Counted from the stretch's first letter, positions 49,998 through 60,797 are shown. The stretch is DNA of 64,000 nt from Candidatus Hydrogenedentota bacterium (GCA_963745075.1 CAVUWV010000031.1:160001-224000); one strand, 5' to 3'. Notes: generated by a model not told the origin, from the letters alone. A program made the numbers and translations.

Positions 49998-52352
49998 TCA
50001 GTAGTGGCGTGCCGCGCCATACCAGTTGCTGCTGCCGTGATCGAGGTGCAACACGGGAACGCCGCTCAGCCGCGTTTCAGGCCCGAAGGTCTCCCGCATG
50101 TCCTTCCCGAATTTCCAGTCGGCCCCTTCGAAGTGGTGCATTTCTTCGTATTGCACTTTCTCCAGGCATTGCCGCCGCACGCACTGGCAATAGCCGACGG
50201 GCACCCCGTCAGCTTCGCGCATGCGATACTCGCCCGCTGACGCGAGCAACTCTTCCCACTGGTCCCAGGGACGAACTTCGCCCAACAGGATGCGCGCCGT
50301 CGTTTCGCGGCCCAGCATCTTGCGGCCGTCGGGAATGGTGAACATGCAATCGTCCGGCAGTTCCGCCATGCGGGCGAGCATATCGGGCGCAAGCAGCACG
50401 TCCGCATCCAGAACGAGCACCCAATCGCCGCGGGCTTTGCCGAGGCATTCATTGAGGAGAAGCCCCTTGGTTCGTGCGTGCTCTTCGGCAAAGGCGGTGG
50501 GAACGATCTGAAGATTGGGGTGGGCGAGCCCGATGCTGTCGAGCACGTCTTCCGTGGCATCGAGCCCCGGAACGAAGGCGACAATGACTTCGACCTCGTG
50601 GAGGTCGATGTTCCGTTGGTGGGCGAGATTCTCCAGACAGGCCTGGAGCCGCCGCGCGTAGCGGGTACTGACCACGACCACGGAGAACCGGATGTTGGCG
50701 GATTCCGATTGCGCTACCGGTTCGCCTTCCCAAAGGTACACGGCCTGCGTGCCGATGGTGCCGTCGATATTCCAAATCGAGATGCGCGGTTCCAGCCCTT
50801 TCCCCAAGCGGGCGGGGGCGTAGTACGAGCCGACAAACTGGACGGGCGCGACGGGCTGCCCATCGCGGAGCAGGACGTAATGTCCGGCCGCGTCGACGTG
50901 CAGAACAACGCGATGACTGAACGCGGTCATCGGACAGACCAATCGGCATCCTTTGCCCAAAGCAAAGCCCACGTACTCGGCGATTCCACCGCCGAACGTT
51001 ACGGAAAGGGTGAACGGCGGGTTCAGACGTGCGAGGGGCGTGCTGATTTTTTCCGTATTGGAAAACGAAAACCAGCGCAAACAGCCCGGCAAGGCCCAGC
51101 TCCAAGTGCCTTCCACGCGATAGTCAAAGGCGCCGATTTCGCGGTCGGGAGGACGGTTCATGGTTACCGCGTTGGCCGAACCGACCAATGAATCCAATTC
51201 CGAACGTTCGCGGCGGGCGGAGTCTATCGTGTCGTAATGGCGAGGCCGCTCCGCTGCGAAATGAAACGGATCCACTACCGGTTCGCCATCTTGGGCCGTA
51301 ATTCCGATACCGGGGAGCGACCGCTTCAGTTCCGCGGTCAGACCATCGCAGATGCGGCGCAGACTGCATGCGGCGCAGATCGGCCCCTTGGCCTGACGAC
51401 GAAGTTCGGCACCGTTTTCCGCGGCCAGCGAATGTGCCGCCGGCGAGGGATCGGGGGCCGCCTCCGGGGTGCGCCGGCGACGGTGGCGCGTCAGCTTGTG
51501 CCAGGCCCATATGCGGGCACGCACCCAGGGGTGGTCCATGATCCATGGCAACAGAATCCGGTCGATGGGATTGCCCGTTGACGTGGTCAGATCCAACTGC
51601 ATCAGGACTGCCAATCGAATGCGGCTCACGGGTTTGCCGTACAACTTCCGAGCCAGTTCGTAGGAATCGCGTTGATAATGCTGATAATCGCGGAAGAATT
51701 GTGGGGTGTTGACGACCAGTTTGCGGTTCTGTTCCGTCACGACGCAGAACGGCAATCCGATCACGTTCGTCTCCATCCCCCGGTCATGGCACGCCGCGGC
51801 CAGGGAATTCATGCGTTCGATGGACGATTCCGTGTGCCGGGCGTTCCGCGCCGGCGGATTCTGCGTGAACGGGTCGTAGGCGGCTACATGCACGACGGCT
51901 ACATGCGCGTCGACAAGGCGTTGTGCGATGTCGTTCACGTCCAGATCGGTTTCGAAGGGGCCCGTAAGTTGAACCCGAACGGCGCACCCGGCCTCCTTGG
52001 CCGCCGTCAGCCACTCGCCGAAATACACGGCGTGCGGGTGAGGCGGGCCCAGGAGCAGATCCCAGGGCTCGGCATCAAGCAGTTTCTGTGCGGTCGGTGG
52101 CGGGCCGGCGCAGTCGGTGCGAAGGCTCAGTTCGACGTCGAGATGCCGGGCCGCTGGCTTCAACGCCTCGAACCGGGTCAAATCGCTGCCGTGCCACAGC
52201 ACGTCGATCTTGTCCGTCTTGAAAACGACACGGTTCAGCCGCATCCAGCGTTCCAAGTCTACGGTGGATACCGGCCGCCCTTTCACGTTCTGTGCGAGGA
52301 TCAGACCGCGCACGGGGGCTAAGGGGTCAATCCTGTCTGTAGGTGTCGCCAC
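49998..52352 (-). CDS. Degenerate radical-SAM-like domain fused to GT2 glycosyltransferase, paralog B
   Basis: LPFCVV, CAACSLRRICDG, central beta-rich domain, C-terminal GT-A with LDADVL. Confidence 0.75.
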   Translation of the reverse strand: MATPTDRIDPLAPVRGLILAQNVKGRPVSTVDLERWMRLNRVVFKTDKIDVLWHGSDLTRFEALKPAARHLDVELSLRTDCAGPPPTAQKLLDAEPWDLLLGPPHPHAVYFGEWLTAAKEAGCAVRVQLTGPFETDLDVNDIAQRLVDAHVAVVHVAAYDPFTQNPPARNARHTESSIERMNSLAAACHDRGMETNVIGLPFCVVTEQNRKLVVNTPQFFRDYQHYQRDSYELARKLYGKPVSRIRLAVLMQLDLTTSTGNPIDRILLPWIMDHPWVRARIWAWHKLTRHRRRRTPEAAPDPSPAAHSLAAENGAELRRQAKGPICAACSLRRICDGLTAELKRSLPGIGITAQDGEPVVDPFHFAAERPRHYDTIDSARRERSELDSLVGSANAVTMNRPPDREIGAFDYRVEGTWSWALPGCLRWFSFSNTEKISTPLARLNPPFTLSVTFGGGIAEYVGFALGKGCRLVCPMTAFSHRVVLHVDAAGHYVLLRDGQPVAPVQFVGSYYAPARLGKGLEPRISIWNIDGTIGTQAVYLWEGEPVAQSESANIRFSVVVVSTRYARRLQACLENLAHQRNIDLHEVEVIVAFVPGLDATEDVLDSIGLAHPNLQIVPTAFAEEHARTKGLLLNECLGKARGDWVLVLDADVLLAPDMLARMAELPDDCMFTIPDGRKMLGRETTARILLGEVRPWDQWEELLASAGEYRMREADGVPVGYCQCVRRQCLEKVQYEEMHHFEGADWKFGKDMRETFGPETRLSGVPVLHLDHGSSNWYGAARHY

Positions 52353-52379
52353 GATACCGCGTCCCTGTTTCGTATGTTA

Positions 52380-54737
52380 TCAAAAGTGTTTGGTCGTTCC
52401 GTACCATTGGCTGCCGCCGTGATCGAGGTGGAGGACCGGCAGGCCGCTGAGGCGGGTCTCCTTGCCGTACTTGTCCTGCAACGCCATGCCGAACCACATG
52501 TCCGCTCCTTCGAAGTGGTCAAGTTCGGCGTATTTGATCTTATCCATGAACTCGCGCTTGAAGCATTGGAAGAATCCGACTGGGACGCCCTTCGCCTCGC
52601 GGTAACGGTATTCGGAAGCGCCGTTGACCAGCTCCTGCCATTGCCCCCACGGTTCGACTTCCCCCATCAGGACGCGTGCCGTCGTTTCTTTGCTGAGCAT
52701 GAGCCGGCCGTCGGGTGCGATGAAGTCACTCTCGTCCGCGATGGCTTCGACGCGGGCGAAGGTGTCGGGCGCGATAACGATGTCCGCATCCATGAGGACG
52801 ATCCAGTCGCCGGACGCCATGAGCGCCGACTCGTTGATCATGAAGCCTTTCGAGTTCGCGTTCTGCGCGGGGAACGGTGACCGGAGGATCCGCAAGTCCG
52901 GGTACGTCTGTGTCATGCTGTCGATGAGGTCGTCCGTCGCGTCGAGTCCCGGGATGTAGGCCACGATAACCTCGATCTTCTTGAGATCGATGTTCTCCTG
53001 ATGGGCGATGCCGCGCAGCATGGCCTGAAGCCGCCGGGCGTACCGGGAATTCACAACGATGATGGAATATTTCACATCAGCGGGGGGCGCGTCGCTGATT
53101 TGCTCGCCACGCCATATCTTCACAAACTGAGTCACGATCTGAGCGTCGATATTCCAGATGGAAATGCGGGGGTCGAGCCGGCCCCCGAGGCGCAGCGGCA
53201 CGTAGAACATCCCCTCGAATTCGACCGGGCGAACGGGCGTGCCGTCTCGCAGCAGGACAAAGTGTCCGTCGTGGTCGACATGCAAGACCAGCGTGTGACG
53301 ATACCCTTCCATGGGGCAGAGCAACTTGCAGTGGCGGCCGAAACTGAAGCCGATGAATTCGGCGATTCCGCCTCCGAAGGTCACCGAAATGGTAAACGGC
53401 GGCTCGACGTATTCGAGCGGGGAACTGAGCTTTTCCGTATTTGTAATGGAGTGCCAGCGCACGCCGCCTTCCAGATGCTCCCATGGGGCGCCTTCGACGG
53501 TGTATTCATAAGGCATGATCTGCCGGTCGGGTGTTCGGTTTTCCACGAGTGCGGCGGCTTCTTTGGCAAGGGCGGCATGACCTTCATTTACCGCCATACG
53601 CTCGGTGTCCACGGCATCGTAGTGTTTCGGCTGGTTCAGCGCGAAGTGCATGGGCGAGACGACGAGTTCACCCTCGACCGCCTTCAAGGACAAACCGGGC
53701 AGCAGACCGCGCACCTCGGGCGATAGGTGATCGCAAATGCGCCGCAGACTGCACTCCGCACAGATCGGTCCCAAGACCTGCCGTTCATGGGCATGGAGCT
53801 TTTCCACGTTCTTCTGGTGAGCCTCGAGCGTGGGGGCAGTCGTTTTCGGCTTTCCGATACGATTGCGCAAGTGTCGCGTCAGCTTGTGCAGCGCGGCGGC
53901 TCCACCGTGCACCAGCCGGTAGTGAAGCAGAAGGCGTAGAATGACGGCATCGACAAAGGTGCGCTGGAAGGTCGATCGCGCCAACAGGATGAGTAGAATC
54001 TTGCCCACCGCCGCAGGAACGTTGCGATACAACGACACGCCGAGTTCGTAAGCGCCCTTGTTGTATTGCTGGTGATCCATAAAGAACTGTCGCGTATTCG
54101 CAAGGTGGGGCCAGAGCGACTCCTCGACCACGCAGAAAGGAACGTGGTGGACATTCACCTCGATGCCGTCGGCGGTTAATGCCGTGGCCAATGCCGCCAT
54201 TCCGGCGACGCTGGCGGTGGTTTCTTCCTTGCCTCGGGTTGCTCGAATCTTTTCGAAGGGATCGTATGCGGTGATGGTAACGGCCGCTGCATTTCGGGAC
54301 AGCAGAAGTTCCGCAAGCGGTTTGGGATCGTAGCCTTTCGCGAACGGGCCGCAGACTTGGACACGGCACGGAATCTCGGCGGTGTTGCAGGCGTCGAGCC
54401 ACGCCGTCAAGGGCTCGAGTGACATACCTGATACCGACACGAATACATCAAGCAGACCCGCCTCCCGATACGCAGACAGGTCCGGAACCGGCGCATCTCC
54501 ATCAACACGCAAACTCACGCGAAGATCCAGATCCGCACCGTGTTCTATCAACTCCGGCAAATGGCGTAGCGTGGATGCATTCGCCAAGATATCGACTTTT
54601 TCCGCGTTGTAGACGATTCGGTTCAACCGCATCCATCGTTTGAGATCGATGAGATTGAACGGCTTTCCCCACCGGTTATGGGTGGGGACAATGCCACGAA
54701 CGGGAGGGATTCGCTGTGCTTCAACGGAGGGCGGCAC
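52380..54737 (-). CDS. Degenerate radical-SAM-like domain fused to GT2 glycosyltransferase, paralog A
   Basis: VPFCVV, CAECSLRRICDH, MDADIV; collinear with paralog B over its full length. Confidence 0.75.
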   Translation of the reverse strand: MPPSVEAQRIPPVRGIVPTHNRWGKPFNLIDLKRWMRLNRIVYNAEKVDILANASTLRHLPELIEHGADLDLRVSLRVDGDAPVPDLSAYREAGLLDVFVSVSGMSLEPLTAWLDACNTAEIPCRVQVCGPFAKGYDPKPLAELLLSRNAAAVTITAYDPFEKIRATRGKEETTASVAGMAALATALTADGIEVNVHHVPFCVVEESLWPHLANTRQFFMDHQQYNKGAYELGVSLYRNVPAAVGKILLILLARSTFQRTFVDAVILRLLLHYRLVHGGAAALHKLTRHLRNRIGKPKTTAPTLEAHQKNVEKLHAHERQVLGPICAECSLRRICDHLSPEVRGLLPGLSLKAVEGELVVSPMHFALNQPKHYDAVDTERMAVNEGHAALAKEAAALVENRTPDRQIMPYEYTVEGAPWEHLEGGVRWHSITNTEKLSSPLEYVEPPFTISVTFGGGIAEFIGFSFGRHCKLLCPMEGYRHTLVLHVDHDGHFVLLRDGTPVRPVEFEGMFYVPLRLGGRLDPRISIWNIDAQIVTQFVKIWRGEQISDAPPADVKYSIIVVNSRYARRLQAMLRGIAHQENIDLKKIEVIVAYIPGLDATDDLIDSMTQTYPDLRILRSPFPAQNANSKGFMINESALMASGDWIVLMDADIVIAPDTFARVEAIADESDFIAPDGRLMLSKETTARVLMGEVEPWGQWQELVNGASEYRYREAKGVPVGFFQCFKREFMDKIKYAELDHFEGADMWFGMALQDKYGKETRLSGLPVLHLDHGGSQWYGTTKHF

Positions 54738-54852
54738 GAATCATTACCGCGCGACGGTCTCGCCGGGACGGTGCCCTGCGGCCGCGCATGGGTATGGGTT
54801 TGAATACGTTACGTGTGTCACCGGCAAAGAATACCGTTTAGGAGCGGAGCAG

Positions 54853-56076
54853 TCAAAGGGCCGGTTGTACGTCGGGCTGTTTGAGTGGAGCGGTCTGGGC
54901 GAGAATCCAATACGTGAGCAGCCGCAGGGCGCACAGCAGGAACAGGGTCATACGGATACCGACGCCGTTTTCCACAAAGTAGGAAGACAACAGCATCAGG
55001 CAGAGAACCATCAGGACGCGCCCAATGGCCAGCGGTATCTCCCAAGCACAGAGGTATTCAATGCGCTGGCTGGGGTCGAGGGCGCTGTTGGCAATGATTT
55101 CCATGCGGAGGCTGAAATGACCGATCCCAAACATGGACATCGACAGGGACCGAATCAGACCGAAGGCGATCAGCGTGAGCGCGGTAATCTTCGCAAAAAA
55201 CAGGAAGCCGCCGGCAAAGAGAATGACCGATGCCAGGAACATATAGCGCCCGCGGGTTTGCGGACGCATTACGCGCCCCAGGAACGTCGAAACGCCGATC
55301 GCCACAAGGGCCTGGTACGAAGCGAATCCCCCGACACTGACTTCGTTGTTGGTCTCGAAGTACATGAGAAGGCCCAACAAAATGCTGAAGATGTGGAACG
55401 ATCCCGCCAACGAGACGGACGCAAGCATGACGTGCTGCCAGTCGCGTTGATCGCGGCCGGGAAAGAGCGCGCGGCGAATTCGGAAGGGCCGTCGTTCTTT
55501 GTCCTCCGGCAAGCGGTAACTGAGAAAGAAGGCAACGATGTAGAGGACCAGCACCAAGGTGAAAAGCCGTTGGTATCCCCGCAAGGGATCGGCCGACATA
55601 CGGATAATCAGTCCGCCAATGGGCGGTGCGGCAAGCCGGGCCAGGTTCGTGACCGCGCCCAGCAGTCCGTAAAAGAGTTCCCGGCGTCCGTGTGTAGTCA
55701 CGTCGTAATTGATGGTGTTGGCGCCGCCCCAGTAGGCGCCCCAGGTCACCCCGAGCAAGGCGCCCAGCGCAACGGCGTGATCGGGGGCCTGCTCCTGGAG
55801 GGTCAGCAACGCTCCGTAGTACACGGCGTGGAGAATCAGCCCCAAACGGTACACGTGAAGGCGGTCACGGACCTGCGAATACCAGCCCGCAAGAACGAAG
55901 AAGAACGGCGTAACCACAAACAGGGCTATGTAATAGCGGCAGATAAGGTCGAGGTCGTGACTATTGATCCACAGGTAGACCGTGACGAAAATGGAACACA
56001 GGGCCTCAGCGGCGCTATAAAGTCCTGTCAGCACGAAGGCTACGGTTGCTTTGGGGTGTAGTTTTGAGTCCGTCAT
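54853..56076 (-). CDS. MFS-type transporter
   Basis: About 12 hydrophobic segments in 407 aa. Confidence 0.75.
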   Translation of the reverse strand: MTDSKLHPKATVAFVLTGLYSAAEALCSIFVTVYLWINSHDLDLICRYYIALFVVTPFFFVLAGWYSQVRDRLHVYRLGLILHAVYYGALLTLQEQAPDHAVALGALLGVTWGAYWGGANTINYDVTTHGRRELFYGLLGAVTNLARLAAPPIGGLIIRMSADPLRGYQRLFTLVLVLYIVAFFLSYRLPEDKERRPFRIRRALFPGRDQRDWQHVMLASVSLAGSFHIFSILLGLLMYFETNNEVSVGGFASYQALVAIGVSTFLGRVMRPQTRGRYMFLASVILFAGGFLFFAKITALTLIAFGLIRSLSMSMFGIGHFSLRMEIIANSALDPSQRIEYLCAWEIPLAIGRVLMVLCLMLLSSYFVENGVGIRMTLFLLCALRLLTYWILAQTAPLKQPDVQPAL

Positions 56077-56242
56077 AAACCCGCGTAGCTTATCGAAGAT
56101 CGTGGCGCCGATTAAACTCGCGGCCCTAACCGCGTGCTGGGGACCACTTGAACCGCTTTCGCGATTCGCCTATCCTACGCGAATAACTGCGGTTACACGA
56201 TTGAGCCGCAACTGGACCGATTGGGGGGAACGAAGGGATTCT

Positions 56243-57301
56243 ATGCCGAAACCGATGAATTTTGCTGTATTGGGCCTGGGCATGGGGTTGCACCACTGCG
56301 GCGCCATCGTTGGGGCCAAAGACGCCAATCTCGTGGCGGTCTGCGATCACGACGCGAAGCGACTGGCGGCGGGCGTGAAACAGTACGGCGTCAAAGGTTA
56401 CCGCAAGTGGACGGATGTCCTGAAAGATGACGAAGTCGACGCCGTCTGTATCACGACGGAAAGCGGAACGCATGTGAAGTTCGGCGTCCAGGCCGCTCGC
56501 GCGGGCAAGCACATCATCATGGAAAAGCCCGTCGACGTGACATTGTCGCGCATCGGGAAGTTGGAGGACGAAGTCGCCAAGTCCGGCGTCAAGTGCGGGT
56601 GCGTGTATCAATACCGCATGGACAACTGCAACATTCTGATTCGAAAGGCCATTCAAGCCGGAAAGATGGGCCGGGTCATCGGGGCGCACGTCCAGTTACC
56701 CTGGTTACGACTGAACAGCTATTTTCAGGGCCCCCACGGGCGCTGGAAGGGGACGTGGAAACTGGACGGGGGCGGCAGTCTTTCGAATCAGGGAATTCAC
56801 TCGGTCGATCTCATTCAGTGGCTCGTAGGGCCGGTGCACAGCGTGTGTGGCTTTTACGGGATATTCAATCATAGGATCGAAGCCGAAGATCAGGCGGTCG
56901 CCATCTTGAAGTTCGAAAATGGTGCATTGGGTACCCTGGTCACCACTACCTGCGCCATTCCAAACCAGCCTTTGCACGTCTACCTGTATGGAACCAAGGG
57001 ATCCTATTCCCGCAAGGCCGACGACCTCGAGTTCTACGAAATGGGTACCAAAAAAGAGCGCGAGCGGATGATGCGCCTGTTCGGGGGAGCGAAGAAGAGC
57101 GAGAAAATGGGCGTCGATCCCTTGTCCCTCTCGGAGGACGGTCACAAACTGCTCGTGGAAGACTTGGTGAAGGCCGTGCGAAACGACCAGGAGCCCGCGA
57201 TCACGATTCGCAGTGCGACCCACAGCGTGGAGATCGTCAAAGCCATTTACCAGTCGGCGCGAACGGGGCGCGAAGTCAAGATCAGCCAGGTGCGGCAATG
57301 A
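56243..57301 (+). CDS. Gfo/Idh/MocA family oxidoreductase
   Basis: VLGLGMG, MEKP, GGGSLSNQGIHSVD. Confidence 0.9.
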   Translation: MPKPMNFAVLGLGMGLHHCGAIVGAKDANLVAVCDHDAKRLAAGVKQYGVKGYRKWTDVLKDDEVDAVCITTESGTHVKFGVQAARAGKHIIMEKPVDVTLSRIGKLEDEVAKSGVKCGCVYQYRMDNCNILIRKAIQAGKMGRVIGAHVQLPWLRLNSYFQGPHGRWKGTWKLDGGGSLSNQGIHSVDLIQWLVGPVHSVCGFYGIFNHRIEAEDQAVAILKFENGALGTLVTTTCAIPNQPLHVYLYGTKGSYSRKADDLEFYEMGTKKERERMMRLFGGAKKSEKMGVDPLSLSEDGHKLLVEDLVKAVRNDQEPAITIRSATHSVEIVKAIYQSARTGREVKISQVRQ

Positions 57302-57490
57302 CGCACGACGACTCGTCCCTACCGGCTAAGGCATTTTTCGTCAATCCCTTAAAGCGGGCCCCGGGCTCGCGTGAATTGAAACCGGTCCGTCCGCTTGGCG
57401 GTCCAACTTCCGGGCTGAGGAAGTCCCGAGGGGTGGAACTCGCCAGGCGTTGTCGGCAGCCTGTAGGCAACCGCAGAGTATGTAGCACCG

Positions 57491-58459
57491 ATGTTTCGTA
57501 ACTTCACCATTTCGTACGCCCGCAAGAATATTCGCATGCGGAACGTCCGCAAGCTCTCGTTTCAGCGACAGAGCGTCGCCTACTTGTTGTCGATTTCGGC
57601 GCGTAAGATACCCCACGCCGCGGGCAACGTGGAATTCGACGTGACGCCGCTTCACGAATACGGCCAACGGGTCATTCAAGAGATGAAAGCGACGGGGGGC
57701 AAACATACCCCGGACGAACTGACGTGGATGGCCGTCCACAAGAATTTCTCGGCGTTTTACCTCAAGACCATCGCCCACGTGCTCTATCATATTCCGGTGA
57801 TGAATTCGCTGATGGATTGGACGCCGTTGCGAAACGGCGGACACCTGTACGAATGTGAAGATATTTGCCCCTCGTTTACGGTCCATACGAAGCAGGGCGT
57901 CATGGCGCCGATCATCCGGAATCCGCACCAGAAGACGCTCGTAGAGGTGGCCAACGAGATGCGGGTCCTGACCCGGAAGTCGCGGCGCACCGACATGAAT
58001 GAGTTGTATCGGCGGTGCGCGCGCCGGTACTTGACCTATGCGCTGCGCGAACTGGACTTTTCCGGATTCACCGCGGGCTGGCTCTGGGTCAAGTCATGTC
58101 TCTGGCCGGAACCCATGTCAGACGAGGTGAAAAACGTGCCCGAAGACGAGAAGCTGCTCGCCAAGGACGTGGTTGGCTCGACCTGCACGGTGGCCAATAT
58201 CGGCATGTCGGTGGACGGATGGCAGACGGTGACGGTGATCCCGCCGCCGAGCACGTTTATGTGGGGGATCGGACTTACCCGGCAGCTCCCGCGGGTCATC
58301 GATGGCCAAATCGTTCCGCGCCATATCGTGACGGTGGCGGTGACCTTCGACCATCGGGCAATGGACGGCGGGGACATTTTTGACTTCGTGGACGTCATGA
58401 ACGGTTACATCAAAAATCCCGAGCGGATATTCGAGTGGAAGCCCGGCGATCCGGTTTAA
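57491..58459 (+). CDS. Stand-alone 2-oxoacid dehydrogenase E2-type acyltransferase catalytic domain
   Basis: APIIRNPHQK, STCTVANIG, FDHRAMDG; no lipoyl domain. Confidence 0.8.
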   Translation: MFRNFTISYARKNIRMRNVRKLSFQRQSVAYLLSISARKIPHAAGNVEFDVTPLHEYGQRVIQEMKATGGKHTPDELTWMAVHKNFSAFYLKTIAHVLYHIPVMNSLMDWTPLRNGGHLYECEDICPSFTVHTKQGVMAPIIRNPHQKTLVEVANEMRVLTRKSRRTDMNELYRRCARRYLTYALRELDFSGFTAGWLWVKSCLWPEPMSDEVKNVPEDEKLLAKDVVGSTCTVANIGMSVDGWQTVTVIPPPSTFMWGIGLTRQLPRVIDGQIVPRHIVTVAVTFDHRAMDGGDIFDFVDVMNGYIKNPERIFEWKPGDPV

Positions 58460-59388
58460 CGGTCGCGGTCTTTCGCTTCGCGTTCGCTCCATTCCGCGGC
58501 CAGACGCGGCCGTTCTTTCCACCGCCGATGCAGCCATAGCCATTGTTCCGGACTCTTGCGAATCTCAGCTTCGATGTGGTCCTGGCAGCGCTGGGTGATG
58601 CCGACCAGATCGTGTCGCAGATTTCCGGTGCGGGTCAACTCCATCGGCGGGGAAAACGTGAGGGCGTAGTTTCCGGAAACGTGGCGGCGCATGGTCACCA
58701 CGTAAATGGGCACCTTGGCACGGACCGCCACCATCGCGGGCGCGACGGTCGCCCAGCAGGGCGTATCGAAAAACGTCACCGGCACCGCCGCCTCCCGGGG
58801 ACTTTGGTCGACCAGGACGCCGACGAGCCACCCATCCTTCAGCAGACGCATGATGTCCGCGCCGGAACCTTCCTTTTCGATGGTCCGGACACCTTGAGCC
58901 GTGCGGGTGCCGTCTACGAACCGATTCAGCCTCGGGTCATCCAGGGGCCGGACGACCTCGGCGACCTGAAAACCGATGGCGGTGAGGGCCGGGGCCATCC
59001 ACTCCCAGTTTCCCATGTGTGCGCTGATAAGAAATGCGCCCTCCCCCTTCTTGACATCCTCCAGACCCGAGAACGACACAAACGACGCGATCGACGCAGC
59101 GCTCAGCCTTGGAATCCGCGAGAATTCCGCCGCGACGATCCCGACGTTTTCGGCCGCGCCGCGCGCGATGCGGCGTTTTTCCCGGGCGGTGAGGACGTGT
59201 CCGTAGGCGGCTTCCAGGTTTTGCAGCGTCACCTTACGCACCCTTGGCACCAGGAGATATGCGAGGCGACCCGCGATTCGCCCAAGGGAACGGGCGAGCG
59301 GCAATGGAATACGTGCGGTGAGATGACCAAATAGCAGGGACAGTGAAGTCGCAGTCCATACGACGACAGGATTACGGCGCCGCGGCAT
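58456..59388 (-). CDS. Lipid A / lysophospholipid acyltransferase (LpxL/HtrB family)
   Basis: SAHMGNWE, LVDQ, PEQWLWLHRRWK. Confidence 0.92.
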   Translation of the reverse strand: MPRRRNPVVVWTATSLSLLFGHLTARIPLPLARSLGRIAGRLAYLLVPRVRKVTLQNLEAAYGHVLTAREKRRIARGAAENVGIVAAEFSRIPRLSAASIASFVSFSGLEDVKKGEGAFLISAHMGNWEWMAPALTAIGFQVAEVVRPLDDPRLNRFVDGTRTAQGVRTIEKEGSGADIMRLLKDGWLVGVLVDQSPREAAVPVTFFDTPCWATVAPAMVAVRAKVPIYVVTMRRHVSGNYALTFSPPMELTRTGNLRHDLVGITQRCQDHIEAEIRKSPEQWLWLHRRWKERPRLAAEWSEREAKDRDR

Positions 59389-59390
59389 GC

Positions 59391-60797
59391 TTACCCTTCC
59401 AATTCGATGGTTTCACCGATTTGCGGGATAAACTTTCGAAAGCGGGCGTCGGTATTCTCCGCCATCCATGCCGTAGCTTCGGCATCGCCGTGAACGAATA
59501 CAACATTCTTCGCACCGATATGGTCAATGAGTTTGCACAAGTCCTCGCGGGGGGCATGGGCGCTGAAGTTGAAACTTTGGCGGTTCTCGAGCTTGATGGT
59601 CGTGGGTGGCCCGTTGAGTTCGAAGACAACGTCATCCCCGGTTTTGGCGTGGAGCAGTTTATACCCGAGGGTGTCGGGGTCCAGGTAGCCGACGAAGAAG
59701 ATCCCATGTTTCTTGTACTTCACCAGTTCCGAGGCAATCATGGAAGACGGCGTGTTTTCCACCATCATGCCCGAAGTGGCGACGATGATGGCGGGCTTCT
59801 TCAGCAAATCGTGGCGGACTTCCGGATTCCACACGTCACCGATCCGATTGAATTCGAAAAGCGGCCGGAGCGTAGAATCCGGCCGCAGGTAGTCCGTGTA
59901 TTTGTCATAGATTTCGTATACCGCACGGCCCAGACCCGAAGCATAGACGGGCACGGATGGGATGTAGCCGGATTCCTGCAACCGCGCGATGACGTTCAGA
60001 AGTTCCTGAGTACGCCCCAGCGCAAAGGAGGGAACCAATACGACGCCGCCCCCTTCCAGAACGCGGGAAACCTCTTGCGCGAACCGCTCGGTTTCGCCTT
60101 CGAAGGTTATGGCATGCCCGTTTTCATGGGTTCCGCGCGTACTTTCAATCACGAGCGTGGTGACTTCTTCCGACGGATCCAAGAGCGTCAGCCCGGCCAT
60201 GAGTTCCTGGTGGGTCAGGCAAACGTCCCCCGAGTAGAAGATCGTGTGACCCGGCGCGCGCAACAGGACGCTTGCGCTGCCGAGCACGTGACCGGAGGGG
60301 TGAAAACTGGCCCGAAACGGGCTGTCCCACGTCAGGGCGAATTCCTGATCGAAGGCAAGGCCATAGCTGCGGCGGATGACGTACTCCACGTCGCCGTGGC
60401 TGTACAAGGGATACTCGCGAATCCCCCTCTCGACCGCCAGGGTGCCCATGACGGACACACTGTTGTGGAGCATACGGTCCATAATGCGCACCGTCGGCTG
60501 CGTTGCGTAGCATTCGGTCGAGGGGTGCTCGCGCAACAGATACGGTACACCGCCGCAATGGTCGATGTGCGCATGCGACACGATCACCGCTTCCGGCGAA
60601 CGTTTTAGCAATTCGAATTGCGGCAGGGCTTCGCAGCCCTCCTTTTTCGGATGAATGCCGCAGTCCAATAAAACGTCGTGGTCTTCCGCGGTAACGAGGT
60701 ATGAATTGGCGCCAATCTCGGCGCCCCCACCAATTGGCGTAAAGAGTACCTTGCTCAATGCGTTCTCCAGTTCGAAGCATTCTATGGAAGTACCCAA
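59391..60797 (-). CDS. MBL-fold beta-CASP ribonuclease-like protein
   Basis: GGGAEIGANS, SHAHIDHCG, GHVLG, YSGD, FALGRTQE, FSAHA, VHG. Confidence 0.9.
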   Translation of the reverse strand: MGTSIECFELENALSKVLFTPIGGGAEIGANSYLVTAEDHDVLLDCGIHPKKEGCEALPQFELLKRSPEAVIVSHAHIDHCGGVPYLLREHPSTECYATQPTVRIMDRMLHNSVSVMGTLAVERGIREYPLYSHGDVEYVIRRSYGLAFDQEFALTWDSPFRASFHPSGHVLGSASVLLRAPGHTIFYSGDVCLTHQELMAGLTLLDPSEEVTTLVIESTRGTHENGHAITFEGETERFAQEVSRVLEGGGVVLVPSFALGRTQELLNVIARLQESGYIPSVPVYASGLGRAVYEIYDKYTDYLRPDSTLRPLFEFNRIGDVWNPEVRHDLLKKPAIIVATSGMMVENTPSSMIASELVKYKKHGIFFVGYLDPDTLGYKLLHAKTGDDVVFELNGPPTTIKLENRQSFNFSAHAPREDLCKLIDHIGAKNVVFVHGDAEATAWMAENTDARFRKFIPQIGETIELEG

